Positions 49,917-60,418 of a DNA stretch of 64,000 bases are shown here, one piece after another. How positions within the stretch are numbered: position 1 is the stretch's first letter; each line of letters starts with the position of its first letter. The translations under genes and the position numbers were made by a program. The stretch is from an uncultured Roseovarius sp. (GTDB lineage Bacteria; Pseudomonadota; Alphaproteobacteria; Rhodobacterales; Rhodobacteraceae). Where the stretch lies: assembly GCA_947503145.1 (NCBI GenBank), contig CANNCP010000002.1:404367-468366 (forward strand). The letters are read 5' to 3'. The notes beneath the pieces are model-generated. The model made no database searches. It saw only the letters and a program-made list of their open reading frames with translations, and was not told the DNA's origin.

Positions 49917-50939
49917 ATGTTCCGTCTCGCCACCCGTACCGTAATCGCCGCGCTATCGCTGAGCGCAATCGCCTCAGCCGCCATGGCGGCCGAGGTCAAC
50001 GTCTATTCATCGCGCCACTATGACAGCGACGACGCGCTCTATGACAAATTCACCGAAATTACCGGGATCACCGTGAACCGGATCGAAGGCAAGGCCGACG
50101 AACTGATCGCGCGCCTGTCTGCCGAAGGGGACAACAGCCCGGCGGATGTGTTCATCACCGTCGATATCGGCCGCATGGGTCGCGCCGAAGAGGCCGGGGT
50201 GCTCCAACCCCTGCAATCAGACGTGATCGAAAACACCGTACCCGTCCACCTGCGCCACCCCGATGACCTGTGGTTCGGCGTCAGCCAGCGCGCGCGCATC
50301 ATCTTTTACGCCAAGGACCGGGTCGAACACCCGCCCCTGACCTATGAGGCGCTGACCGACGATGAATGGAAGGGCCGGGTCTGCATCCGCTCGTCCAGCA
50401 ATATCTACAACCAGTCACTGCTGGCTTCGATCATCGATGCAGACGGTGCCGAGGCTGCACAGGAATGGGCTGCCGGTATGGTTGCCAACATGGCACGCGC
50501 GCCGCAAGGTGGCGACACCGACCAGCTGCGTGGCGTCGTTTCGGGCGAATGCGACGTGGCTGTAGCCAATCACTATTACTTCCTGCGCGGCTTTGACAAG
50601 GATGTGGAGGGGCTGACATCCGGCATCGACAATATCGGCTGGGTCTGGCCGAACCAGTCGGACCGCGGCGCGCACCTGAACCTGACCGCGGCGGCGATGA
50701 CCGTGTCCTCGCCCAACCCCGACGAGGCCAAGACGCTGCTGGAGTTCCTGACCAGCGAATTCGCGCAGCGGCACTTCGCGGATCAAAATAACGAGTATCC
50801 CGCCGTCCCCGGTATCGGCCTCGGTGAAGGACCCGCGCGGCTGGGCTTCTTCATTCCCGATACGACAACTCCGACGGCCGCCTTCAGCGCCAATGCGGCC
50901 AAGGCACAGGCCATCTTCAACCAGGTCGGCTGGCAGTAA
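49917..50939 (+). CDS. Fe3+ ABC transporter substrate-binding protein (FutA/FbpA-like)
   Basis: VNVYSSRHY, ADVFITVD, RARII, YNQSL, GGDTDQL, ANHYY, NNEYP. Confidence 0.9.
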   Translation: MFRLATRTVIAALSLSAIASAAMAAEVNVYSSRHYDSDDALYDKFTEITGITVNRIEGKADELIARLSAEGDNSPADVFITVDIGRMGRAEEAGVLQPLQSDVIENTVPVHLRHPDDLWFGVSQRARIIFYAKDRVEHPPLTYEALTDDEWKGRVCIRSSSNIYNQSLLASIIDADGAEAAQEWAAGMVANMARAPQGGDTDQLRGVVSGECDVAVANHYYFLRGFDKDVEGLTSGIDNIGWVWPNQSDRGAHLNLTAAAMTVSSPNPDEAKTLLEFLTSEFAQRHFADQNNEYPAVPGIGLGEGPARLGFFIPDTTTPTAAFSANAAKAQAIFNQVGWQ

Positions 50940-51042
50940 TCATCCATCCACCTCATCCCCAGAGCGCCCCGCGCTCTGGGGAGCAAAGGAAATTCGCCGA
51001 ATTTCCTCGCCGGCAACCTTGGCACAGGATTACTGCGGGACC

Positions 51043-52464
51043 TCACACAGAGGCGCGCAGCACCGCGCCGGGGTTCATGATGCCAACCGGATCAAGAGCC
51101 GCCTTGATCGCCCGCATCGCCGCCAGCTTGGCCGGATCGCCATAGCGCTCCAGATCGTCCACCTTCAGCCGCCCGATGCCGTGTTCGGCACTGATCGAGC
51201 CGCCCATCGCGTGCACCAGATCATGCACGTCGCGCTTGATGGCATCGCCCAGATGGGCGTAATCTGCACGGCTCTCGCCCGGCGGGGGAAAGACGTTGTA
51301 ATGCAGATTGCCGTCGCCCAGATGCCCGAAACAGTTGATGCGAAAATCACCCAGCGCGCCGATCACCCCGGCACCCTTGGCGATGAACTCGGGCACCGTG
51401 CCCAGTGGCACCGAAATATCATGCGAGACGATCGATCCGATGCGCCGGTTGGCCTCGGGTATCTGCTCACGCAACTCCCAGAAGCTGTGACGCTGTGCCT
51501 CTGACTGCGCGATCAGGCCGTCGCTGACCAGCCCCGCCTCGGCCGCCTCTTCGAACAGCCGCTCCAGCGCGGTCGCAGGGTCCAGCCCACGCGCGAGGCC
51601 CAGATCAATCAGCACGCACCATTCAGGCGGCGCGCCAAAGGGCTGGCGCAGATCGGGCAGCGTCTCGGCCAGAAACTCCAGGCCCTGCCGGTGGATCAGC
51701 TCGAACGCGCTGATGCCCTCACCCATGTGATCCCTCGCCAGCGCCAACAAGGCCAGCGCAGCGGCGGGGCTGTCGACCACCATCAGCGCCGTACCTTCGC
51801 CTGCGGGGCGCGGCGCCAGCTTGAGCGCGGCGGCGGTGATCACCCCCAGCGTGCCCTCGGCCCCGATCAGCAGGTTGCGCAAATCATAGCCGGTATTGTC
51901 CTTGCGCAGCCGTTTCAGCCCGTGCCAGATCGCGCCATCCGGCAGCACTGCCTCCAGCCCCAGGCAAAGGTCGCGCGCATTGCCGTAACGCAGGACATTC
52001 ACGCCGCCCGCATTGGTCGACATGAGCCCACCAATCCGCGCTGACCCCTTGGAAGCGATACTGAGCGGAAAAAGACGATCCGCCGCCACCGCCGCATCAT
52101 GCACATCCGACAGGATTGCCCCGGCCTCGACCACGATCACGTTCTCCCGGGGGTAAAGCCCGCGAATGGCTATCATCCGCTCCAGGCTCAACAGGATCGG
52201 CGTCGGCCCGTCCGGACTGACCTGCCCACCGACAAGGCCGGTGCCCCCCGAATAGGGCACCACCGGCACGCGGCGCGCTGTCGCCAGCTTGAGAATCAGC
52301 GATACCTCTTCGGCGGTCGCAGGTGCGACAACGGCCCCCGCCCGCCCCCGCCAGCGCCCACGTGGCTCTTCCAGATATCGCGGGGAAACTTCGCGCAATG
52401 CAGCCGCAGGTAAAAGGGCGGCCAGTGCATCGAGGCAGGTCTGATCGACTGAGTTCAATTCCAT
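51043..52464 (-). CDS. FAD-binding oxidoreductase (GlcD / D-2-hydroxyacid dehydrogenase family)
   Basis: PYSGGTGLVGG, GAEGTLGVIT, FGHLGDGNLHYN, SISAEHGIG, IMNPG. Confidence 0.88.
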   Translation of the reverse strand: MELNSVDQTCLDALAALLPAAALREVSPRYLEEPRGRWRGRAGAVVAPATAEEVSLILKLATARRVPVVPYSGGTGLVGGQVSPDGPTPILLSLERMIAIRGLYPRENVIVVEAGAILSDVHDAAVAADRLFPLSIASKGSARIGGLMSTNAGGVNVLRYGNARDLCLGLEAVLPDGAIWHGLKRLRKDNTGYDLRNLLIGAEGTLGVITAAALKLAPRPAGEGTALMVVDSPAAALALLALARDHMGEGISAFELIHRQGLEFLAETLPDLRQPFGAPPEWCVLIDLGLARGLDPATALERLFEEAAEAGLVSDGLIAQSEAQRHSFWELREQIPEANRRIGSIVSHDISVPLGTVPEFIAKGAGVIGALGDFRINCFGHLGDGNLHYNVFPPPGESRADYAHLGDAIKRDVHDLVHAMGGSISAEHGIGRLKVDDLERYGDPAKLAAMRAIKAALDPVGIMNPGAVLRASV

Positions 52465-52473
52465 ACCCTACTA

Positions 52474-52523
52474 TAAAGCCTTTCGTCGGAAACCTGAATC
52501 ACGGATTCACGCGGAATGCTTTA
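52474..52523. repeat. 50-bp palindromic element with TAAAGC/GCTTTA ends
   Basis: TAAAGCCTTTC...AAACCTGAATC-ACG-GATTCA...GCTTTA; related sequences at 27306, 61893, 62008 and 15863. Confidence 0.6.
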
Positions 52524-52594
52524 GTCAGATGCGAATGCCGGGCCGCGCAAATCGACAAGCCAGACAGCCCGGTGCCTGCCTGCTCTCTCTTTTC

Positions 52595-53182
52595 TCAGCC
52601 CGTCCCGGTCCGCCCGCGCCGATCTGCCCTGATCGCGGCATAGAGAACATGCGTCCGCCAGCGCCCGTTGATCTGCAGATAGCTCTGCGCGACACCCTCA
52701 TACTTGAACCCGCATTTTTCCAGCAGTGCACGCGATGGGGTATTTTCCGGCAGGCAGGCGGCCTCCAGACGGCTCAGGTCGAGCCACTCGAACGCGTAAT
52801 GTGTCACCGCCTCGATCGCCTCGCGCATATGGCCGCGCCGTGCGTAGCCCTCGCCGATCCAGTAACCCAGTGTGCCGGCCTGTGCCGGGCCGCGCCGGAT
52901 ATTGTCCAGCGTGATCGCGCCCAGCAACGCCGCATCCTCGCGACGAAAGAGGAACAAGGGCAGCGCCGAGCCGTCCTTGATGGCGCGCTGCGCCCAATAG
53001 ACCCGATTGGTGAACCCCTTGCGCTCCAGATGATCGACCGACCAGGTCGGCTCCCATGGGATGAGGAAATCGGCGCTCGACCGCCGCAGCCCGCACCACG
53101 CGCGAAAATCGCTCAGGACGGGCGGGCGCAGCGTCAGCCGCTCGGTCTCGATACGGACCTTGCGGCGGGGCAGGAATATCAC
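52595..53182 (-). CDS. rimJ: RimJ-like GNAT N-acetyltransferase
   Basis: TERLTLR, FLIPWEP, GTLGYWIG, CLPENTPSRALLEKCGF, WRTHVL. Confidence 0.75.
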   Translation of the reverse strand: MIFLPRRKVRIETERLTLRPPVLSDFRAWCGLRRSSADFLIPWEPTWSVDHLERKGFTNRVYWAQRAIKDGSALPLFLFRREDAALLGAITLDNIRRGPAQAGTLGYWIGEGYARRGHMREAIEAVTHYAFEWLDLSRLEAACLPENTPSRALLEKCGFKYEGVAQSYLQINGRWRTHVLYAAIRADRRGRTGTG

Positions 53183-54441
53183 GCGGCGCGCCTTTCCTGC
53201 AATGCCTCCAGCGTCGGGGCATCCTCGACCGGACCATAGAGCGCCAGCGCGGCCGGGGCGCGCGCGGCGATTTCTTCGGCCAGGGTACGGACATCGCCGA
53301 GGGTGACCGCATCAATCCGCGCCACCACTTCATCCAGCGGCGGGATCCGGTCCCAGATCTGCAGCATCCGCGCCAGACGTTCGGCCCGGTTGCTCGGGCT
53401 TTCCAGCCCCATCAGCAGGCCGGCCTTCATCTGGGCACGGGCGCGCTCCACCTCATCTGCGCGCATGTCGCCGGCCGCGCGCTTCATCTCGTCGATGGTG
53501 ATCTCGGCGAGCCCCGCCATCTGGTCACCGGAAGTGCCCGCATAGACCGTCATCATGCCGGTGTCCGAATAGGCCCCGGCCTGGGTGTGGATCGTGTAGC
53601 ACAGGCCGCGCTTTTCGCGGACCTCCTGAAACAGGCGACTGGACATGCTGCCGCCCAGTGCGGTGGCATAGATCTGTGCCGCATGAATGCGCGGATCGCC
53701 GTAATCGGGACTCTCGAAGGCCATGGCGAAATGCGCCTGCTCCAGCGCCTTGATGGTCCGGCTCTCGCCACCCACGAACCGTGCGGTCGGGGCGACGGGT
53801 GCCCCGCCCGGCTCCATATCGCCAAAGAGCGCCTCGGCACTGCGCACCAGCGCGTCGTGGTCGACTGCACCCGCCGCCGACAGGACCATCTGTCCGGGCC
53901 GGTAATGCTGCCCTACAAAACGGTTGAGATCGTCGCGCGAAAAGCTGCGCACGCGGTCCTCGCCGCCCAGAATGGCGCGGCCCAGAGGATGATTCGGATA
54001 GGCTTTTTCCTGAAGCCAGTCAAAGATGATATCATCCGGCGTATCCAGTGCCTGCCCGATCTCCTGCAGGATCACGCCGCGCTCGATCTCGATCTCGGCG
54101 GGGTCGAATATCGCGTTGCGCAGAAAATCGGCAACCACCTCCAGCGCCAGCGGCACGTCATCCTTCAGCACCCGCGCGTAGTAGGCCGTCACCTCGCGGC
54201 TGGTATAGGCGTTGATATAGCCGCCCACATCCTCGATTGCCTCGGCGATCTGCAGCGCGGTGCGGCTCTGGGTGCCCTTGAACGCCATATGCTCCAGGAA
54301 ATGAGCGATGCCGTTCTGCTCGGGCGTCTCGTGGCGCGCCCCGGCCAGCACCCATACACCGATGGCAGCCGATTGCAGCCCCGGCATATGCTCGGTGACG
54401 ATGCGGAACCCGTTGGGCAGGGTCGTTAGGTTGACGGTCAA
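53179..54441 (-). CDS. M16 (pitrilysin / MPP-like) peptidase
   Basis: TLPNGFRIVT, HFLEHMAFKG, NAYTSRE, SSRLFQEVREKRGL. TTG start at 54441. Confidence 0.9.
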   Translation of the reverse strand: MTVNLTTLPNGFRIVTEHMPGLQSAAIGVWVLAGARHETPEQNGIAHFLEHMAFKGTQSRTALQIAEAIEDVGGYINAYTSREVTAYYARVLKDDVPLALEVVADFLRNAIFDPAEIEIERGVILQEIGQALDTPDDIIFDWLQEKAYPNHPLGRAILGGEDRVRSFSRDDLNRFVGQHYRPGQMVLSAAGAVDHDALVRSAEALFGDMEPGGAPVAPTARFVGGESRTIKALEQAHFAMAFESPDYGDPRIHAAQIYATALGGSMSSRLFQEVREKRGLCYTIHTQAGAYSDTGMMTVYAGTSGDQMAGLAEITIDEMKRAAGDMRADEVERARAQMKAGLLMGLESPSNRAERLARMLQIWDRIPPLDEVVARIDAVTLGDVRTLAEEIAARAPAALALYGPVEDAPTLEALQERRAA

Positions 54442-54553
54442 TACGCGGTCCGTTCTTTTATGCTTTTCGCGGTGCTTTCTGTAGTGAAAGTGACGCGAAC
54501 TGCGTGCTTCGTTTCTGGGCGGTGCGCGCATCTCACAACATGATGCTCGGCGA

Positions 54554-55939
54554 TCATACGCAATACGCCCTGATGATGCCTTGAATGGCCCCAAGGTCGT
54601 TTTCCACCTCGGTGATCCGTTCCGCCCGCTCATACAGGTCCGCCATGTGCGAGGGCAAGGGGGGTCGCTGGCCGCTCGCCGCCTCTACCGCCGCCGGGAA
54701 TTTCGCCGGATGCGCCGTGGCCAGCGTGATCATTGGCACTTCGGGCACCAGATGCGCCTCGGCCACATGCACGCCCACGGCACTGTGCGGGCAGAGCAGC
54801 TCGCCGGTGGTGTCCCAGGTTCGCCGGATCGCCGCGCGCGTCTGATCCTCATCGCAGCGCCCACTGTCATAGCTTTCGCGCAGCGCCTGCAACGCACCCT
54901 GGCTGACGGTGAACCCGTCGGCCTTCAGCTCGTCCATCAGCTGTGCGACTGCGCGCCCATCGCGGCCATACGCCTCGAACAGCGCGCGCTCGAAGTTGGA
55001 ACTGACCTGAATATCCATCGACGGGCTGATTGACGGGATCACGCCATCGGGCGTGTACTTGGCGCTGGACAGGCATCGGTGCAGGATATCATTCTGGTTG
55101 GTTGCCACCACCAGACGGCTGATCGGCAGGCCCATGCGCTTGGCGATATAGCCTGCAAAGACATCCCCGAAATTACCCGTGGGCACGGTAAAGCTGACCT
55201 GGCGCTGCGGCGCGCCCAGCGACACGGCAGAGGTGAAATAGTAGACCACCTGCGCCAGTATCCGCGCCCAATTGATGCTGTTCACACCTGCCAGCCCGAC
55301 CGCATCGCGGAACTGGAAGTCATTGAACATGTCCTTCACACGCGCCTGACAATCGTCGAAATGCCCCTCGACCGCCAACGCATGCACGTTGGCCTCGGAC
55401 GGGGTGGTCATCTGGCGGCGCTGCACTTCGCTGACCCGGCCCTGCGGATAGAGGATGAATACATCGACCGCCTCCAGCCCGCGAAACGCCTCGATCGCGG
55501 CCGATCCGGTGTCGCCGCTGGTCGCCCCCACGATGCAGACCCGTTTGCCGTTGCGTTTCAGGGCGGCCTCGAACATCTGGCCGATCAGCTGCATCGCGAA
55601 ATCCTTGAACGCGAGCGTCGGCCCGTGGAACAGCTCCAGCAGATGGTGATTCGGCCCCAGCTGCACCAGCGGCGCGCGCGCGGCATGGGCAAAACCGGCA
55701 TAGGTGCGGGCGATGATCGCCTCGAATTCCGCATCGGTGAACGTGTCGCCGATATAGGGGCGCATCACGCGAAAGGCCGCCTCCTCGTAGCTGAGACCGG
55801 CCAGCGCCGCGATCTCGGCCGGCGCCATCTGCGGGATCGTCTCGGGCAGGTAGAGCCCGCCATCGCGCGCCAGCCCGGTCAGCATCGCCTCTTCAAAGCT
55901 CAGAACCGGGGCCTGTCCCCGTGTCGATACATATCTCAT
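54554..55939 (-). CDS. thrC: Threonine synthase
   Basis: MRYVSTRG, ELFHGPTLAFKD (PLP lysine), ATSGDTG, NSINWAR, PTGNFG, TAHPAKF. Confidence 0.95.
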   Translation of the reverse strand: MRYVSTRGQAPVLSFEEAMLTGLARDGGLYLPETIPQMAPAEIAALAGLSYEEAAFRVMRPYIGDTFTDAEFEAIIARTYAGFAHAARAPLVQLGPNHHLLELFHGPTLAFKDFAMQLIGQMFEAALKRNGKRVCIVGATSGDTGSAAIEAFRGLEAVDVFILYPQGRVSEVQRRQMTTPSEANVHALAVEGHFDDCQARVKDMFNDFQFRDAVGLAGVNSINWARILAQVVYYFTSAVSLGAPQRQVSFTVPTGNFGDVFAGYIAKRMGLPISRLVVATNQNDILHRCLSSAKYTPDGVIPSISPSMDIQVSSNFERALFEAYGRDGRAVAQLMDELKADGFTVSQGALQALRESYDSGRCDEDQTRAAIRRTWDTTGELLCPHSAVGVHVAEAHLVPEVPMITLATAHPAKFPAAVEAASGQRPPLPSHMADLYERAERITEVENDLGAIQGIIRAYCV

Positions 55940-56634
55940 GTTGTCTTACCTTTCGCGGCCCGCGCAGTGCGCCCGGTGCGCCATAGAAAATAGCCGGTCA
56001 TGCCCGCCCAGATCACCGCAAGCAAGAACCAGGTGATCGCATATTGCAGATGATTGTTCGGGATATTCGCGCCCCCCACCGGTAGCGGCGTCAGACCGTT
56101 CGTCAATTGCGGCGTTTCCTGCCGCACGACCAGCAGAACCGGCTCTGTCTCCAGCGCCCCGGCCATCGCGGGCACGTCGCGGGCGAACCAGATGCCGCGA
56201 TCCATGTCCGGCTCGGGCGTATAGCCGTCCACCTCGTCCGGCCAGTGCAGATTGCCTATCAGACGCGCCGCGCCAGCCGGTCGCTCGGCATCCTTGGCCT
56301 CAAGATCAAAAAATCCGCGATCCACCAGGATCCGCCGCCCCTGCGTCTCGAAGGGTTGGATCAGCCGATAGCCCGCGCCCAAATCCTTGGCCCCGACCAG
56401 AACGTGCAATTCCGGCCCCAGAAAAACGCCGCTTGCCTCGACCGCCAGGTATTTGTCATCAGCTTCGACAGGCGCGCCCGGCAGGGCGATGGGGGTTTTT
56501 GCAATGCGCTGGGCGATCTCGGCCAGTTCCGCCTGTTTCTCACCGAGCCGCTGCACCTGCCACAGGCCCAGACCCAGCAGGATGGCCGTCCCGATCACCC
56601 CGAAAACCAACGGTATCGCTATCTGCCGTTTCAC
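55936..56634 (-). CDS. SURF1/Shy1 cytochrome oxidase assembly protein
   Basis: LGLWQVQRL, ILVDRGF, NNHLQYAITWF. GTG start at 56634. Confidence 0.9.
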   Translation of the reverse strand: MKRQIAIPLVFGVIGTAILLGLGLWQVQRLGEKQAELAEIAQRIAKTPIALPGAPVEADDKYLAVEASGVFLGPELHVLVGAKDLGAGYRLIQPFETQGRRILVDRGFFDLEAKDAERPAGAARLIGNLHWPDEVDGYTPEPDMDRGIWFARDVPAMAGALETEPVLLVVRQETPQLTNGLTPLPVGGANIPNNHLQYAITWFLLAVIWAGMTGYFLWRTGRTARAAKGKTT

Positions 56635-56723
56635 TACGTTCCCACCTAAAACCGAAAATGCGGAAGGCGCGCCCCCCGCATCTTCTTCTTGCTTGAAATA
56701 TCCTCGCCGAAGGCCAGACGACC

Positions 56724-57536
56724 TCAGCTGCCCCAGACGTAGATGGCGGCAAAGAGGAACAGCCATACCACGTCGACGAAATGCCAGTACCAGGCTGCCG
56801 CCTCCAGCCCGATATGGCTTTCGGGGGTGAAATGGCCACGCAGCACCCGCATCAGACAGACAAAGAGAAAGATCGTACCGACAAACACGTGGAAGCCGTG
56901 AAAGCCCGTCGCCATGAAGAAGTTCGCACCATAGATATTGCCCGAGAACCCGAAGGCCGCATGGCTGTACTCATACATCTGAAAGAAGGTAAAGAGCACG
57001 CCCAGCGCAATCGAGATGGCCAAGCCCCACTTCATGTCGTCGCGGTTGTTCTCATGCACCAGCGCGTGGTGCGCCCAGGTAGCGGCAACGCCCGAGCACA
57101 GCAGGATCAGCGTGTTGATCAGCGGCAGGTGCCAGGGATCGAAGGTCTCGATCCCGGCGGGCGGCCAGACGGAATCCTTGATCGGTGACATCGGCCCCAT
57201 CGGATACATGGCATGTTTGAAAAAGCTCCAGAACCATGCCGAAAAGAACATGACCTCGGACACGATGAACAGGATGAAGCCGTAGCGCAGCCCGATTCTC
57301 ACCACCGGCGTGTGATCGCCTGCCTGGTTCTCTGCAACCGTCTCCGACCACCAGCCGAACATGGTGTAAAGCACACCGGCAAGGCCCAGCAGGAACATCC
57401 AGGGCTGGTTCGATCCGGCCTGCGGCGAAATCATCAGAACTGCGCCAAACAGCATGACAAAGCCCGCCACCGCGCCGATAAACGGCCACCATGAGGGGGT
57501 CAGAATGTGGTAGTCGTGGTTTTTTTCGTGTGCCAT
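56724..57536 (-). CDS. ctaE: Cytochrome c oxidase (aa3) subunit III
   Basis: [36 protein letters not shown]. Confidence 0.96.
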   Translation of the reverse strand: MAHEKNHDYHILTPSWWPFIGAVAGFVMLFGAVLMISPQAGSNQPWMFLLGLAGVLYTMFGWWSETVAENQAGDHTPVVRIGLRYGFILFIVSEVMFFSAWFWSFFKHAMYPMGPMSPIKDSVWPPAGIETFDPWHLPLINTLILLCSGVAATWAHHALVHENNRDDMKWGLAISIALGVLFTFFQMYEYSHAAFGFSGNIYGANFFMATGFHGFHVFVGTIFLFVCLMRVLRGHFTPESHIGLEAAAWYWHFVDVVWLFLFAAIYVWGS

Positions 57537-57558
57537 CGGTCAATCCCTCTGTTGAGGC

Positions 57559-58143
57559 TCAGTTCAGGTTTGTACTTGTTTTGTTATCCGGCGCAAGAGC
57601 AGCCTGCTCTTCGGGCAGGTCGATCTCGTAGAATGTGTAGGAGAGTGTGATCGTGTGGGTGTATTTTGCATCCCGGTCGCTGACAATTCCGGGATCCACC
57701 AAGAATGTCACGGGCATCATCACCCGCTCGCCAGGCTGCAAGACCTGCTCGGTAAAGCAAAAGCAGTCGATCTTGTCGAAAAATCCGCCCGCCTGGTAAG
57801 GCGTCACATTATAGGCCGCCTGTCCCGCAACAACCCGGTCAGTCGGGTTGTAAGCCTCGTAGAAGGCCAGGCCGGTCTCGCCGATGCGCAGCTCCATCTC
57901 GCGCACCATGGGCTTGAATTCCCACGGCATGCCGCGTTCCCTGCTGGCGTCAAAGCGGACCTTGATCGTCTGATCGAGAATATCCCCCGACTCCGCCTGC
58001 GCCACGCCCGGAATGCCGCCAAAGCCGGTAACCCGGCAGAACCAGTCATAAAATGGCACCGACGCCCAGGCCAGCCCGCCCATCAACACGACGACGCCGA
58101 CCAGTTGCACCAATGTCCGGGTCTTGGGATCGCGCGGCATCAT
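57559..58143 (-). CDS. ctaG: Cytochrome c oxidase assembly protein CtaG/Cox11
   Basis: WFCRVTG, YNVTP, Cu motif KIDCFCF. Confidence 0.95.
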   Translation of the reverse strand: MMPRDPKTRTLVQLVGVVVLMGGLAWASVPFYDWFCRVTGFGGIPGVAQAESGDILDQTIKVRFDASRERGMPWEFKPMVREMELRIGETGLAFYEAYNPTDRVVAGQAAYNVTPYQAGGFFDKIDCFCFTEQVLQPGERVMMPVTFLVDPGIVSDRDAKYTHTITLSYTFYEIDLPEEQAALAPDNKTSTNLN

Positions 58144-58304
58144 TGGGTGCCCCCTATCTGAGCCGGCACCGAGAAATCATCGTCGCTCACCTTGGCGATG
58201 GTCAGGCCAAAGATCAGCGCGACGAACCCGGCCAGAACCAGCCCGAGACCCAGATTACGGCTGAACCGGCGCTTGTGCAGCTCATGCGGCTTGCGAAAGC
58301 TCAT
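58140..58304 (-). CDS. Small single-TM protein (54 aa) in the cta operon
   Basis: Hand translation [54 protein letters not shown]; ATGA overlaps with both ctaB and ctaG. Absent from the ORF track. Confidence 0.85.
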   Translation of the reverse strand: MSFRKPHELHKRRFSRNLGLGLVLAGFVALIFGLTIAKVSDDDFSVPAQIGGTQ

Positions 58305-59245
58305 CCCCAGCCCCCAATCCCGGCCCCGTTCAGCAGGCTCTGCACCCAGATCGCGGCGAAATGCGCAAAGAGATAGATCAGCGACAGACGGAACACCTTT
58401 TTCTCGGTGCGGTAGCTGTCGGCCTCGGCCGTTACCTCGTCACGGCGCCAGATATCCCACGCGCCCTTTAGGAACAGCGCGTTCAGCACCACGGCCACGG
58501 CCAGATAGAACAGCCCGCCGATGGTGGTGAAACCGATGGCGACGGCCAGCGGCGCCAAGAGCGCGGTATAAATCAGGATATGGGTGCGCGTCGCGCGCCG
58601 TCCGTGCGTTACGGTCAGCATCGGCACATCGGCCTTGTGGTAGTCGGATTTCATGAACAGCGCGAGCGCCCAGAAATGCGGCGGCGTCCACATGAAGATC
58701 AACGCGAACATCAGGATGGATTCGATCGCCACACCGCCCGTCACCGCCGCCCAGCCGATCATCGGGGGGAACGCGCCCGCCGCGCCACCGATCACGATGT
58801 TCTGCGGCGTCGAGCGCTTCAGCCACATCGAATAGACGACAACATAGAAAAAGATGGTGAAGGCCAGAAGCGCCCCGGCAAAGAGGTTCGTGGCCAGCCC
58901 CAGCATGACAACCGCAAAACCCGCCAGCGCGACGCCAAAGGCATAGGCCTCGCCCTCGGTGATCTTGCCCATCGGGATCGGACGGCTCTGTGTGCGCTTC
59001 ATGATGCGGTCGATATCGGCATCCCACCACATGTTCAGCGCGCCCGACGCCCCGCCGCCCACGGCGATGAACAGGATCGCGGCAAAGCCCACGACAGGAT
59101 GCACGCCACCCGGTGCGGCGAGCAGGCCCACGAGCGCGGTAAAGACAACCAGGCTCATCACCCGCGGCTTGAGAAGCGCGAAATAGTCGCTGAACCCGGC
59201 ATCGCCGGCCCCGGTCTCGCGGGCATGAAGGCTTGCGTCACTCAT
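58301..59245 (-). CDS. ctaB: Protoheme IX farnesyltransferase (heme o synthase)
   Basis: [40 protein letters not shown]. Confidence 0.95.
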   Translation of the reverse strand: MSDASLHARETGAGDAGFSDYFALLKPRVMSLVVFTALVGLLAAPGGVHPVVGFAAILFIAVGGGASGALNMWWDADIDRIMKRTQSRPIPMGKITEGEAYAFGVALAGFAVVMLGLATNLFAGALLAFTIFFYVVVYSMWLKRSTPQNIVIGGAAGAFPPMIGWAAVTGGVAIESILMFALIFMWTPPHFWALALFMKSDYHKADVPMLTVTHGRRATRTHILIYTALLAPLAVAIGFTTIGGLFYLAVAVVLNALFLKGAWDIWRRDEVTAEADSYRTEKKVFRLSLIYLFAHFAAIWVQSLLNGAGIGGWG

Positions 59246-59339
59246 GTCACTACTTTCCAAACTGAAGGCCGGGCCGCGGCCCGTCCTTGCGAAATCCTAC
59301 ATCGCGCGGCCGGGCGAATGGCCCGGCCCTGCGGACTGG

Positions 59340-60209
59340 TCAATTGGCGGCTGCGACGTCAAAGCCCGTCGGCGTGCCGGCATATTCCTCGATCGCGCCG
59401 GTCAACCATTCGTCATATGCCTCCTGACTCACGACCTTGACCGTGATCGGCATATAGGCGTGGTCCTTGCCGCAAAGCTCAGAGCACTGGCCAAAATAGA
59501 CGCCTTCCTTCTCGGCCTTGAACCACAGCTGCGCCAGACGTCCGGGCACCGCGTCCTGTTTCACGCCAAAGGCGGGGATGGTCCAGCTGTGGATCACGTC
59601 CGCACCGGTCACATGCATCACGACAACCTTGCCCACGGGCACGACAACGGCGGTGTCGGTGGCCAGCAGGAATTCGTCACGGGTGTATCCGGCCTCTTCC
59701 AGTTCTGCCACAACCTCATCGTTCAGCACCTTGCCTTCACCGATCAGGAAGCTCTCGAAACCGAAATCATGGTCGGTGTATTCGTAGCCCCAGTACCACT
59801 GGTAGCCGGTCACCTTGATGTTGACCTCGCCCTCGGGGATCTCCTGCTGCTTGAACAGCACCGGCAACGAGAATGCGCCGATAAAGACCAGAATCACGAT
59901 CGGGATGATCGTCCAGGCCACTTCGATCGGCGAGTTGTGGGTGAACTTCGCCGGGGTCGGGTTAACCCGGCGGTTGAACCGCAGGACCGCGTAGATCAGC
60001 AGCGCCACGACCAGCAGGGTGATTGCCGTGATGATCACCAGTACCATGTCATCGAGCCAATGCAGGTCACGCGCCAATTCGGTTGCCGCAGGTTGAAAGC
60101 CGAGGCCGCCGTCAGTCGGTTTGCCGATGATTTCGAGGCGCTCTTGCGCCAGTGCAGGCGTGGCAGTCAGGGCGGCTGTCGCGGCCAGCATATTGGTAAA
60201 ATGTCGCAT
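59340..60209 (-). CDS. ctaC: Cytochrome c oxidase (aa3) subunit II
   Basis: Signal peptide, GYQWYW, DVIHSW, CuA motif GQCSELCGKDHAYM. Confidence 0.96.
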   Translation of the reverse strand: MRHFTNMLAATAALTATPALAQERLEIIGKPTDGGLGFQPAATELARDLHWLDDMVLVIITAITLLVVALLIYAVLRFNRRVNPTPAKFTHNSPIEVAWTIIPIVILVFIGAFSLPVLFKQQEIPEGEVNIKVTGYQWYWGYEYTDHDFGFESFLIGEGKVLNDEVVAELEEAGYTRDEFLLATDTAVVVPVGKVVVMHVTGADVIHSWTIPAFGVKQDAVPGRLAQLWFKAEKEGVYFGQCSELCGKDHAYMPITVKVVSQEAYDEWLTGAIEEYAGTPTGFDVAAAN

Positions 60210-60353
60210 TGTGCACCTTGATCGGTTGAAGCGTTTATCGTGTTTTGCGGCAGGCGTCCGCCGCATTGGCGGAATCCCATTGTTTCACGGCCCGTTAAAA
60301 CCATATTCTTACCCAACAGACAAGAATGACGAATGCGGCAAACAGACGCTTCT

Positions 60354-60387
60354 TTGATTTAGATCAGGTTTTTTTGATTTTGGTCAA
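60354..60387. promoter_or_regulatory. Two FNR-type boxes between divergent ctaC and tldD
   Basis: TTGAT-TTAG-ATCAG at 60354-60367 and TTGAT-TTTG-GTCAA at 60374-60387. Confidence 0.65.
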
Positions 60388-60418
60388 TTTTCTGCGTCGC
60401 CACTTGAGGACAAAACAC

